A DNA stretch of 64,000 bases from the sequence record OR532817.1. One strand, given 5' to 3'. The position numbers and the translations under genes are program-made. Under the pieces are notes generated by a model. That model ran no database searches, was not told where the DNA came from, and saw nothing but the letters and a program-made list of their open reading frames with translations. This document shows, in pieces, positions 19,465-28,580 of the stretch; within the stretch, counting starts at the first letter, position 1; each line of letters opens with the position of its first letter.

Positions 19465-20529
19465 ATGAAAGAAAAAGTTTATGTATATATTGGACGTTTC
19501 CAAATTCCACATATTGGTCATGAAGAAGTCCTCAAACATGCAATCAAAATTGCAGATCGTGTTATCATTCAGGTCGGTTCAAGTGAACTGGCTCGTGATC
19601 CAAAAAACCCATTCACGTTTGAAGAACGTAAGTCAGTACTAGAAGAAATTACAAAACGTGTAGCTCAAGATGAATGGAATAAAGGTCGAACTGTTAAAAT
19701 CGATATTATGCCATTACATGATTATGTATATGATAATAATGCATGGCTAAAAGAAGTACAGGATAATGTTAAAACATGTACTTCAAGTAATGATATTACT
19801 ATTACCGGTTGTCGTAAAAATGGTGATACCAGTACTGAATATCTTAACTATTTTCCTCAATGGAAAAATGACTTCATTAACGAAGTACAAAGTAATGCAA
19901 AGGGTACTATTAGTAGTACTGAACTACGCGAAGCTTTTTTTGTCTCTGGTAAAGTTCCAACTGAATTTGTTTCAAAAGAAACAGCAGAATTTCTAGAAAA
20001 TTTTGTCAGTACTAAACCAGATGTATTCGATAATCTTATTAAAGAATATGAATTCATTAATCGTTATATTGAACAAATGAAAGAAGCACTACCTTATGAT
20101 ATTCCATTTTTAACAGCAGATAACATCGTCGTCAGTTGTGGTCACGTTCTTCTTATTCGTAGAAGAACATATCCAGGAAAAGGATTATTAGCTATGCCGG
20201 GTGGATATTTTCAATGTTGGGATGATAAAGACCAGATTGATACTGCAATTCGTGAATTAAAAGAAGAAACTAAAATCGATGTACCTGAAAAAGTACTTCG
20301 TGGTAATATTGTTAGTGCAACAGACTTTACTGACATGAATAGAAGTCTTCGTTGGCGAATTCTAACTAAAGCTGTTCATATTCAATTACCTGACGTCACT
20401 CTACCTAAAGTTAAAGGAAGTGATGATGCAGAAAAAGCTCAGTGGATTCCACTAAGCGATGTAGAAAAATATCGTGATCAGTTCTTTGAGGACCATTATT
20501 CTATTTTGGCTTCAGTACTGAAACTATAA
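19465..20529 (+). CDS. nadM: bifunctional NMN adenylyltransferase / Nudix hydrolase (NadM-Nudix, NatV-like)
   Basis: GRFQIPHIGH (HxGH), ISSTELR; Nudix box GG...AIRELKEET; GSDDAEKAQW. Confidence 0.93.
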   Translation: MKEKVYVYIGRFQIPHIGHEEVLKHAIKIADRVIIQVGSSELARDPKNPFTFEERKSVLEEITKRVAQDEWNKGRTVKIDIMPLHDYVYDNNAWLKEVQDNVKTCTSSNDITITGCRKNGDTSTEYLNYFPQWKNDFINEVQSNAKGTISSTELREAFFVSGKVPTEFVSKETAEFLENFVSTKPDVFDNLIKEYEFINRYIEQMKEALPYDIPFLTADNIVVSCGHVLLIRRRTYPGKGLLAMPGGYFQCWDDKDQIDTAIRELKEETKIDVPEKVLRGNIVSATDFTDMNRSLRWRILTKAVHIQLPDVTLPKVKGSDDAEKAQWIPLSDVEKYRDQFFEDHYSILASVLKL

Positions 20530-20604
20530 AGAATTATTACACAGAGTAATAATAAATCAGAGAACGTAGTAGTTCTCTAACTTAAACTAAGGGAGTCTTA
20601 GAAA

Positions 20605-22077
20605 ATGAAAAACGTAAATCCAAATGTAAACTTTATTCTAAATGCCGATTCATATAAAGTTGGTCATCGCAAAATGCTTCGCAAACATGTTGATGGTTAT
20701 TACAGTACTATTGTACCTCGTAAAAGCTCTCCACATAGCAACCATGTAGTTGTGGCTGGTTTGCAATACACAATTAATACCTATATCAATATTCAGATTA
20801 CCAAAGAAGATGTTGATGAAGCTGAAATTGAAATTCGTGAACAAGGTTCACGTTTTGACCGCACTATTTGGGACAAAATCGTCAATGAGTTTGGTGGTAA
20901 AGTTCCAGTAAAAATTAGTGCTATTAAAGAAGGTACAGTTGTTCCAGTTCAATCAGTAGTTTGTGTTGTTGAAGCTAAAGATGAGTTTGCATTTTTGGCT
21001 AGTTATATTGAAACTTGTATTCAACGTGGTGTATGGTATAGCAGTACTGTAGCATCTGAATGTCGTGCAATGAAAAAAATTCTTGCTGATGTAATGCAAC
21101 GTCATGCTGGTCATAAGAATGTAGATTATCATTTCCACAACTTTGGAGATCGTAGTGCAACTTGTTTTGAACATGCATATGTAGCTGGTATGGCACATGC
21201 AATTATGTTCAATGGTTCGGATAGTTTAACTTCCAATCGTTATATTAAAGCTCACTATAATACTACCAAAGCGTATCTGAGTTCAGTTGACGCTACTGAA
21301 CATAGCGTTATGTGCAGTAATAGTGATGCTGAACATCGCAATGATTATGGTGCAGCAGTAATGGCGGTAGATCATTGGGAAGAACAAGTTACAATGTGGG
21401 AAGAAGATGGATTAGGTGTACCAGTAACTTCATGTGTTATTGATACTTATAATGATTATCGCTTTGTCCGTGACTTTATCGGTACTAAATTAAAAGACCG
21501 TATTGTTGAAATTGGCAAACGAGGTGGTCGCTTTGTTCTTCGTCCTGATTCACGAATTCCCAAAGAAATTTGTATTGATGTAATCGAAATTCTAATGGAA
21601 AAGTTTGGTTATACTATTAACGAACATGGTTACAAAGTACTACCACCATATATTGGAGTAATTCAAGGTGATGGTGTTAATTTCGATAGTATTCATGAAA
21701 TTCTAGATATTCTTGATGAAAAGAAATTATCCCTTGAAAACATTGTATTTGGTTGTGGTACCAAATTGGTTAACCCTGAACGTGGTCGTGATCTTTATAG
21801 TTGGTCAATGAAAGGTACTGCACAACATGTCGAAGATGAACGTGAATGGCAAGACCTATTCAAAGATCCAGCAGGTGAACCAGGCAAACGTTCACATAAA
21901 GGGCGTGTAGTAACCTGGAAATGTAAAGTATCTGGTAAGATTTTTGTTGATCGTGATGATCTTGATAAAGTTAATCATTTCATTGAAAATCTACTTGTAC
22001 CAATGTATGACTGCGGTAAAATTATGAATTTCAGTACTTTTGATGAAGTTCGTGAGCGTGCTAACGTAGGTATCTAA
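20605..22077 (+). CDS. nadV: nicotinamide phosphoribosyltransferase
   Basis: ADSYKVGH, FHNFGDRS, ATEHSVM, VIDTYN, LRPDS, IQGDGV, KDP...GKRSHKG. Confidence 0.93.
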   Translation: MKNVNPNVNFILNADSYKVGHRKMLRKHVDGYYSTIVPRKSSPHSNHVVVAGLQYTINTYINIQITKEDVDEAEIEIREQGSRFDRTIWDKIVNEFGGKVPVKISAIKEGTVVPVQSVVCVVEAKDEFAFLASYIETCIQRGVWYSSTVASECRAMKKILADVMQRHAGHKNVDYHFHNFGDRSATCFEHAYVAGMAHAIMFNGSDSLTSNRYIKAHYNTTKAYLSSVDATEHSVMCSNSDAEHRNDYGAAVMAVDHWEEQVTMWEEDGLGVPVTSCVIDTYNDYRFVRDFIGTKLKDRIVEIGKRGGRFVLRPDSRIPKEICIDVIEILMEKFGYTINEHGYKVLPPYIGVIQGDGVNFDSIHEILDILDEKKLSLENIVFGCGTKLVNPERGRDLYSWSMKGTAQHVEDEREWQDLFKDPAGEPGKRSHKGRVVTWKCKVSGKIFVDRDDLDKVNHFIENLLVPMYDCGKIMNFSTFDEVRERANVGI

Positions 22078-22085
22078 TATATTTT

Positions 22086-22115
22086 GGAGAGTCATTATGG
22101 CTCTCCATTCTTTTT
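22086..22115 (+). terminator. intrinsic terminator after nadV
   Basis: GGAGAGTCA-tta-TGGCTCTCC plus a T tract. Confidence 0.7.
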
Positions 22116-22140
22116 AATTAAAGTAATAAAGGTATATAAT

Positions 22141-22317
22141 GTGTTTATTGGTTTTAAAATAGTTATTGTCTTCTTTATATGGTTTATTACATATCAAATA
22201 ATTGAAGAAATCAGCACTAAATTCTCTTCAGATAATTTCTTAGTAGACGTTTGTTTATTATCCATTGCGGTACTGGGATTTTTGATCATACCAGTTATAT
22301 TTTCATATTTTATATGA
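22141..22317 (+). CDS. small membrane protein
   Basis: two hydrophobic segments; GTG start preferred because the track start (22084) lies in the terminator. Confidence 0.55.
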   Translation: MFIGFKIVIVFFIWFITYQIIEEISTKFSSDNFLVDVCLLSIAVLGFLIIPVIFSYFI

Positions 22318-22323
22318 AAAATG

Positions 22324-22352
22324 TTGACATTTTTTTCTTCATAAGATATAGT
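22324..22352 (+). promoter_or_regulatory. strong sigma70-like promoter
   Basis: TTGACA-17-TATAGT. Confidence 0.8.
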
Positions 22353-22385
22353 ATAGATATCAACAATTAACAACGGATATCAAAA

Positions 22386-22652
22386 ATGTTCCAACATCTT
22401 TTGGATTTTTTCTGTACTGTAAACATTGAAAAACAAGCTAAGTTCATTATTGCAGAACTGGTCTGGTTTTACTTAGGTGGCCTGGTAATTACAATGTGTG
22501 CATTTTTACATAGTGATATTAATCTTGGTATTTCCTATGCAAAAAGTGAGAATAAACCATCATTACTACTCAAGTTTATTAGATGTTTATTGTACTTAGC
22601 TTATATCTTATATATTGTTGGATTTTTTGGTGTATATTATGTAATTCATTAG
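22386..22652 (+). CDS. small membrane protein
   Basis: 88 aa with two hydrophobic helices. Confidence 0.75.
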   Translation: MFQHLLDFFCTVNIEKQAKFIIAELVWFYLGGLVITMCAFLHSDINLGISYAKSENKPSLLLKFIRCLLYLAYILYIVGFFGVYYVIH

Positions 22653-22662
22653 GAATCGATTG

Positions 22663-23400
22663 ATGATTAGTACTAAATTCATTAAAAAAGCTGGTGATAA
22701 AAGATTACTAATCATTTCTGGAAATGGATTGTCAATGGATAGTGGTTTTGATTTATATGATATTCCTGATAATTTTCAGATAAATGATGTATGTAATATT
22801 GCCAGTTTAGGTACAAAATATCACGTAGTACATTCTTATTATAATACTCTTAGAGTTAAATTAAAAGATATTGAACCAAACGAAATGCATTACTATATTA
22901 AATCATTACAAGATGAGTATGGTGATAACTTTTTACACATGACCAGTAATGTAGATGATTTATATACAAGAATTGGTGGCACTGAATTAAAATTGCATGG
23001 TAATATTAAAGAGGTTATAGAAAACTACACCGCTGATGGTTCTGAAATAGAAATAAAAGAATTAGGTTATGAACCATATATTCCATGTAGTGGTATTTTT
23101 TCTAAACCCGGTGTTACATTAATTGGTGAGTTCCATAGTTATTTTTATGGATATAAAACCCCAATTTATGAAGAACGAAATGAAATACTAAAATCATTAA
23201 ATGAAAATGATACTGTAGTAGTAATTGGAAGTTCTGATTCAGTACTGAAATGGAGCCATTTAATAAATGATAAATGTTACACAGTACTAATCAATATAAG
23301 AAAAAATGAAAACGATCATCGTTTCAATGAACGAATTTATAAATCTTGTTCCAAATCTGTATTAGATTTATCTGGAATAATTTCAAAAAGGATGGTATAG
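22663..23400 (+). CDS. Sir2/sirtuin-family protein (divergent)
   Basis: SGNGLSMDSG (GAGxS-like), TSNVDD (TQNVD-like), LHGN (catalytic His), KPGVTLIGE, VIGSS. Confidence 0.8.
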   Translation: MISTKFIKKAGDKRLLIISGNGLSMDSGFDLYDIPDNFQINDVCNIASLGTKYHVVHSYYNTLRVKLKDIEPNEMHYYIKSLQDEYGDNFLHMTSNVDDLYTRIGGTELKLHGNIKEVIENYTADGSEIEIKELGYEPYIPCSGIFSKPGVTLIGEFHSYFYGYKTPIYEERNEILKSLNENDTVVVIGSSDSVLKWSHLINDKCYTVLINIRKNENDHRFNERIYKSCSKSVLDLSGIISKRMV

Positions 23401-23954
23401 TGGAAAAAATTGATTTCGGTAAAAGAAGTACCAGAGCCGATTTTGCTTTTTGTTGGATTTTTGCCAGAGATTGTACTCCATACTCTGGATATGATGATCA
23501 ACTTGGAATTGATAAAGTAAATTTAGTACTAGCACAATTACGTTTTGATGGTTGCATTGGGGCGTGTGGTGGTATGGTGGAAAGTGATGATAAATCATTA
23601 GAAGAAGCTGTACAGCGTGAAGTACTGGAAGAAATTGGTTATACTGTTGATTTAACACATTTAAAACCACTTCTAAGCTTGCGTTTACCATCAGGCAGCC
23701 ATTGCCATAGCTATAGTTATGAAGTTGATTACAATGAATTACAAAGCATTAGAGATGGTGCTTATAGAGGAATACATTTCAATCCAGAATGTGCTGGTGT
23801 GAATCTTTTACATATTTCAAGATATACAAAAGGTTATGGAAATGAATGTGGATATAATGTATTATTAGAACAACACTGGAGTGGTACATCAAAAGAAGAA
23901 TTTGTGTACCTTGTAGAGAAAGAAAATCTATTAATTAGTTATTTGAAGGAATGA
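23400..23954 (+). CDS. Nudix hydrolase of the NUDT16 (U8 snoRNA-decapping) type
   Basis: LAQLRFDGCIGACGGMVESDDKSLEEAVQREVLEEIG; GTG start overlaps the Sir2 stop. Confidence 0.85.
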   Translation: MEKIDFGKRSTRADFAFCWIFARDCTPYSGYDDQLGIDKVNLVLAQLRFDGCIGACGGMVESDDKSLEEAVQREVLEEIGYTVDLTHLKPLLSLRLPSGSHCHSYSYEVDYNELQSIRDGAYRGIHFNPECAGVNLLHISRYTKGYGNECGYNVLLEQHWSGTSKEEFVYLVEKENLLISYLKE

Positions 23955-24286
23955 TAATGGGATACCAGTTATTTTTAGATGATATTCGTGACCCATCAAA
24001 ATATTATAGTACTGAAATGGTACTATGTAGATCTTATGATGAAGCTGTCAAATATGTAGAAGAACATGGAATTCCAGAATTTATCAGTTTTGACCATGAC
24101 CTTGGAGATACTTCTGATAATGAAAAAACTGGTTATTCATTTGCTAAATTTTTGATTGATTATATGATTGATAATGGTATCAGTACTGAATTCAAATATA
24201 ATATTCATAGCTCAAATCCAGTAGGTGCAGATAATATCGATTCTTATCTAAAAGCTGGTTTTAAATATCTAAGAGAAAATATGTAA
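23951..24286 (+). CDS. cyclic-phosphate-processing receiver (cREC) domain protein
   Basis: LFLDDIRDP, ISFDHDLG, TGYSFAKFL, IHSSNPVG. Confidence 0.75.
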   Translation: MIMGYQLFLDDIRDPSKYYSTEMVLCRSYDEAVKYVEEHGIPEFISFDHDLGDTSDNEKTGYSFAKFLIDYMIDNGISTEFKYNIHSSNPVGADNIDSYLKAGFKYLRENM

Positions 24287-24609
24287 TGAATATTAGTAAT
24301 CATATTTTTGCATGTTTTATTAGTATATGCATATGTTCTGTTGTTGGTGGATTGTGGTATAATTCAATGAGGTACGAAAAACACAATATTAGATATAATT
24401 CAGTTAAAGTTGTTGGTATTGGTCAATGTTCTAATAAAAGAAAAAGTTCGAGTGCCGAGTGTGCTTTTTGGTACAAAGATGGAAATTCTACACAATTTGC
24501 AATTTCAGATAATCCAGTTTCAATTGGTCAAATTGTTTATCAAATGTGCTGGACAGAAAAGGCTCGTGGTGATAGATGTTATGTAAATTACCAAACGAGT
24601 AAGCAGTAA
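24286..24609 (+). CDS. membrane-anchored Cys-containing hypothetical protein
   Basis: N-terminal TM helix; periplasmic-type domain with four Cys. Confidence 0.75.
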   Translation: MNISNHIFACFISICICSVVGGLWYNSMRYEKHNIRYNSVKVVGIGQCSNKRKSSSAECAFWYKDGNSTQFAISDNPVSIGQIVYQMCWTEKARGDRCYVNYQTSKQ

Positions 24610-24631
24610 AAAAAGTTGTATTTTAGCAGTT

Positions 24632-24639
24632 CTAAATAC
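24632..24639 (+). promoter_or_regulatory. putative late-type promoter CTAAATAC
   Basis: same motif precedes RBP genes at 53872 and 56936. Confidence 0.45.
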
Positions 24640-24685
24640 ATATGAGAGTCTAAAGATACTCTCCCCTAACAAATAAGGATATTTT

Positions 24686-26131
24686 ATGTCGAATTATCTA
24701 CTAGACACAAACATTGTTTTGGCAGACCCACAGTCAGTTGTTGCATTTGATGGACATACTGTAATTATTCCATTCACAGTACTACAAGAACTGGATAATA
24801 TCAAATCAAAAACACTTGATATTTCTAAAGATGCCAGAGTAGCAATTCGTTTAGTTGAAAGTATTATTAAAGATTCTTCATATGAAGATATTAGTATTAA
24901 TGGTGTTGATTTAACAAAGACCCATCGTTTTCTTAGTCCAGGTAGTAAACTACGTATTGTCACAGAAGAACAAGTAAATAAACTAATTCATGATAAGGAA
25001 CTTGAGTTAGATTATAAATCCCTGATCGAAAGTACTGTACCGGATGATAAGATTATTCTTTCCGCAGCAGCAACTGATTCAGTTTTGGTTAGCCGTGATA
25101 TCAACGCCCGCCTGAAGGCTATGAGTTTTGGTATTGAAGTGCAAGATTACCGCCACGATAAGGTAATCGACGATACCGATTACATGCATAATGGGTCTCA
25201 TGAATTAGATTTTGATTTCTGGAAAACCTTAGAAACAATTGATGGAATTGATATCACAAGTAATCAGGAAGGCAAGCGTTTATATCATTATATTCCAGTA
25301 CTACAAATCGAACACCTAATGCCAGAAAATCTATATCCAGGTGATTACATCTATGACAACGATGAAGGTGATGTATTATTTGTATATCATGGTATTGCAG
25401 ATCGTGAAATGCAGGACGGTAGTACTGAAGGAGTTGCTTATTATAAATTTGAAGATATTGGCAAATCCAAAGCAATGAAACTAAAAGCATGGGACATTAA
25501 GCCTAAGAATCTTCATCAGGCAATGTGTATGCAAGCACTAATGGATAATGAAGTAGAATTGGTAATTATTCTTGGTCCAGCAGGGTCTGGTAAAACTCTT
25601 CTAACTACAGCATGTGCATTAGAACAAACAATGGAAAAACCAGCATACAACCAAATTGTATATACTCGTTCACAGGAAGATTTGGGGCGTGATACTGGAT
25701 TTTTACCTGGTAATTTGCATGACAAACTAGCTCCGTGGTGTGGTGCAATTTTTGATAGTTTAGATTACTTACACAAAGACGATAAAGATCCGAAAGGAAG
25801 TATTGAATATATTTTCGAAAAACAACTTATTACTCTACAAAGTCTAAACTATGTTCGCGGGCGTTCTTACCAAAGTACTTTTTTGATTTGTGATGAGTAT
25901 CAAGATCTGACTGCACATATGAGCAAGTCTTTGACTACTCGTATTGCACAGACTTCAAAGAAAGTTGCATTGGGGAACCTCAAACAACAAGACTCAAAAT
26001 ATCTAACAGCAAATAGTAGTGGTCTAACATATTTGGTTGAAATTATGAAACATTATTCTAACTGTCGAATTATTCAGTTAGAGGGTGTACAACGCGGTGG
26101 GCTGGCTGAGTACGCAGAAGAAAATATGTAA
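24686..26131 (+). CDS. phoH: PhoH-family ATPase with an N-terminal PIN domain
   Basis: LDTNIVL...VLQELD...PDDKII (PIN); GPAGSGKT, GFLPG, YVRGRS, ICDEYQD, LGNLKQQD. Confidence 0.93.
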   Translation: MSNYLLDTNIVLADPQSVVAFDGHTVIIPFTVLQELDNIKSKTLDISKDARVAIRLVESIIKDSSYEDISINGVDLTKTHRFLSPGSKLRIVTEEQVNKLIHDKELELDYKSLIESTVPDDKIILSAAATDSVLVSRDINARLKAMSFGIEVQDYRHDKVIDDTDYMHNGSHELDFDFWKTLETIDGIDITSNQEGKRLYHYIPVLQIEHLMPENLYPGDYIYDNDEGDVLFVYHGIADREMQDGSTEGVAYYKFEDIGKSKAMKLKAWDIKPKNLHQAMCMQALMDNEVELVIILGPAGSGKTLLTTACALEQTMEKPAYNQIVYTRSQEDLGRDTGFLPGNLHDKLAPWCGAIFDSLDYLHKDDKDPKGSIEYIFEKQLITLQSLNYVRGRSYQSTFLICDEYQDLTAHMSKSLTTRIAQTSKKVALGNLKQQDSKYLTANSSGLTYLVEIMKHYSNCRIIQLEGVQRGGLAEYAEENM

Positions 26132-26136
26132 TACCA

Positions 26137-26172
26137 AAAAATGGTAGTACTGGTTAAAGTACTACCATTTTT
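26137..26172. terminator. intrinsic terminator
   Basis: ATGGTAGTACT-ggttaa-AGTACTACCAT with A and T flanks. Confidence 0.8.
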
Positions 26173-26205
26173 ATATAAAGGGATTTTTTATATAAAGGGA
26201 TTTTT

Positions 26206-27525
26206 ATGAAAGTATCAATGTTATATTACATAGATCCAAAAATAAAAGAAGTAATCGAATTATCAAAAACGAATAATGCATTAGAAATAACAAAAAGAAT
26301 ATTTCGAGATAAGTATAGTCATTGGTTAGATGTAGATAATTTGGATTTTAAAAATTTACTACAAGATGAATTTTGTATTGACAATATAATTGGATATACA
26401 AGACACCCAACAAGAAATAAAATGTATTTCAAGTTATGTGATATATGCTCTAAAAACATTGAAATGAATGGGCTTGGAATATATTTGTTTTCTAAAAAAG
26501 ATATCAAGAGTGGCGTTAAGTGCTGTAATTGTTCAAAATCAACAAAATACACACATTATCAAAATATTATCAGATTTAATAAAATAGCATTACTTAATAA
26601 TTTAGAATTGTTAAATTACAATCACAGTTCTAAAATCATAACTTACATATGCAATAAAAACAACCATAAAATTGTACAATCATCTAAAGTTGATTATTTT
26701 TTAGTATTAAAACATTTTTGTAAAAAATGCATTTTTGAGAATAAATCAAAAACACACTCTGTTGATGATGAAATACACATAAAAGAATTCATGAGTACTG
26801 GTAATTTTCTAGAAGGAACTAAGTTCTGGCGTTCAGATAGAAGAACTACAAGTGGGTTATTAAATTTCTGGTATTATGAATGCCCCAAATGTTCATATGA
26901 TGAGTATGTACAAAATGGATTATGCGATGGTAAATTTGAAGTTAATATTGGTAATTTAAAATTAGGAAATCGTGCATGTAGATGTGAAAGTAGATACAGA
27001 TGGACACAGGATCAAAGAGAATACCAATTAAATAAAAACTTATCTTCAAGAAATATTACACAAAAATTTCTGTACTGGGATAATGGTTTTTATGAAAATG
27101 CATTTAGTTATGCATGGGTGGAGTGTTCTATACCTGAACATGAGAATTACAAAAGTACATGTGACAATCTTCTTAGGGGTAGAGGGTGTGGGCAGTGTCG
27201 TGGTCATTCACAGCGACAGTGTTACATTAATTTAGTACTTGACAATGATATTCCAATTGCGTTAAAATATGGCATTGCAGTTGAACATGAATCTAGAGTA
27301 CAAAATCAATGTAAAAAATCAATATATGATATAAAAAATTATGGTGTATGGGAATTTGATGGTGTATACTCATGCAAATCAGCAGAATCTGAGTGTAAGA
27401 GGACATTTACCAGAGTACTGGAAAAACGAGAAATGCAAGATGGCTTTACTGAAACCACCGAAGTTTTAAATCTAAATAAAATTATTGAGATTTATGAAAA
27501 TTGGGGTGGTATTCGTATAAAATAA
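26206..27525 (+). mobile_element. free-standing putative homing endonuclease (Cys-rich modules plus a GIY-YIG-like C-terminus)
   Basis: several CxxC motifs; C-terminal CYINLV...LKYGIA...R...Q...AESECK. Confidence 0.6.
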
Positions 27526-27547
27526 TATATTTGGGGATAACTCTATT

Positions 27548-28003
27548 TTGAAATCATTTAAATTATATAATTCAGAAAATACAAATGAATGGACATGGGT
27601 CATTGATGATAATGAATTCATTTATCTATTAGTTGAGATTTTTGGATTTATGAAAATGAAATACAATGGTGATGGTGATAAAACATTAGATACTTCATAC
27701 AGTTGGGTTGATGACCCAAATGAAGAAGAATATCCAGAAATTTATCAAGAATTATTGAATTTGTGGAAAAATGAACACCCACCAGAGAAAGAAAATTCAA
27801 TGCTTGAAATGCTAAATGAACGTTGTAATGATGATTCACCTGGAATTCCAGTACTCGGGGATACATTAGAACAAATCAAAGAATGCATGTCAGCGATGAT
27901 GGATTCAAGATATGGTGATAATGGATATCCACAAACATGGCAAGAATTTGAAGATTGGAAAATTAAAAATAATTGGAAATTTGAAAAAAATAGTGACAAA
28001 TGA
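27548..28003 (+). CDS. acidic hypothetical protein
   Basis: 151 aa, TTG start with a GGGG RBS. Confidence 0.7.
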   Translation: MKSFKLYNSENTNEWTWVIDDNEFIYLLVEIFGFMKMKYNGDGDKTLDTSYSWVDDPNEEEYPEIYQELLNLWKNEHPPEKENSMLEMLNERCNDDSPGIPVLGDTLEQIKECMSAMMDSRYGDNGYPQTWQEFEDWKIKNNWKFEKNSDK

Positions 28004-28021
28004 TTTAAAATCACCTATAAT
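27993..28021 (+). promoter_or_regulatory. sigma70-like promoter
   Basis: GTGACA-17-TATAAT. Confidence 0.75.
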
Positions 28022-28068
28022 AATCTCATCAACACGAAACACAGAAACAATAAAAGAGGAAATAAAAA

Positions 28069-28365
28069 ATGGCTAAACAAGCAAAGAAAAAAGTTCAAGA
28101 AGCTCCAGTTAAAGTTAAAAAAGCAAAAACCGAAAAACTGTCCAAAGAAGAACGCGTAAGTGCACTGTACAAAGCCGAAGCACAAACAACTCTCCAAACC
28201 CTACGTAAGAAAGGTGTGCTGACCCGCCGCCAACAACGCATGATTGCGTACACAAAAGGTCTTGGTGGTGTCAAAGGTGTACCACTGGTAAATACCTATG
28301 AAGTGGAGAAAAAAGGCGACAAAAAAGTTGTAGTTCACAAACTCCAACAATGGCATCGTATCTAA
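28069..28365 (+). CDS. very basic Lys-rich small protein
   Basis: 98 aa, AAGAGG RBS, host-optimal codons (CTG, CGT, CGC, ACC). Confidence 0.9.
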   Translation: MAKQAKKKVQEAPVKVKKAKTEKLSKEERVSALYKAEAQTTLQTLRKKGVLTRRQQRMIAYTKGLGGVKGVPLVNTYEVEKKGDKKVVVHKLQQWHRI

Positions 28366-28408
28366 TATAATTTTATAGTACTGTAATTATATTACAATAC
28401 TTCACATT

Positions 28409-28432
28409 AAATCCCCACAAAAGTGGGGATTT
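28409..28432 (+). terminator. intrinsic terminator
   Basis: AAATCCCCAC-aaaa-GTGGGGATTT. Confidence 0.85.
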
Positions 28433-28448
28433 TCCTTATATAAGGACA

Positions 28449-28580
28449 ATGAGTATGCACCATTTATTCGAAGCTTTTTTGGATATTGTTACTTTTGTTA
28501 TTCCATCTACTAAGAAAAGTACTATCATTTTTCTTGGTATTATCCTGTTATTGACAATTGGCTATTTCCTCACTGCATAA
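28449..28580 (+). CDS. small membrane protein (43 aa, not in track)
   Basis: AAGGA RBS, C-terminal hydrophobic helix. Confidence 0.6.
   Translation: MSMHHLFEAFLDIVTFVIPSTKKSTIIFLGIILLLTIGYFLTA

Noticed and set aside
28000-28013. Second FNR-like site (ATGATTTAAAATCA)
   Set aside because: Wrong spacing and half-sites; it lies within the spacer of a near-consensus promoter.
28381-28398. LexA/SOS-box-like sequence CTGTAATTATATTACA
   Set aside because: It lacks the CTGT-N8-ACAG right half-site; better explained as a hairpin.
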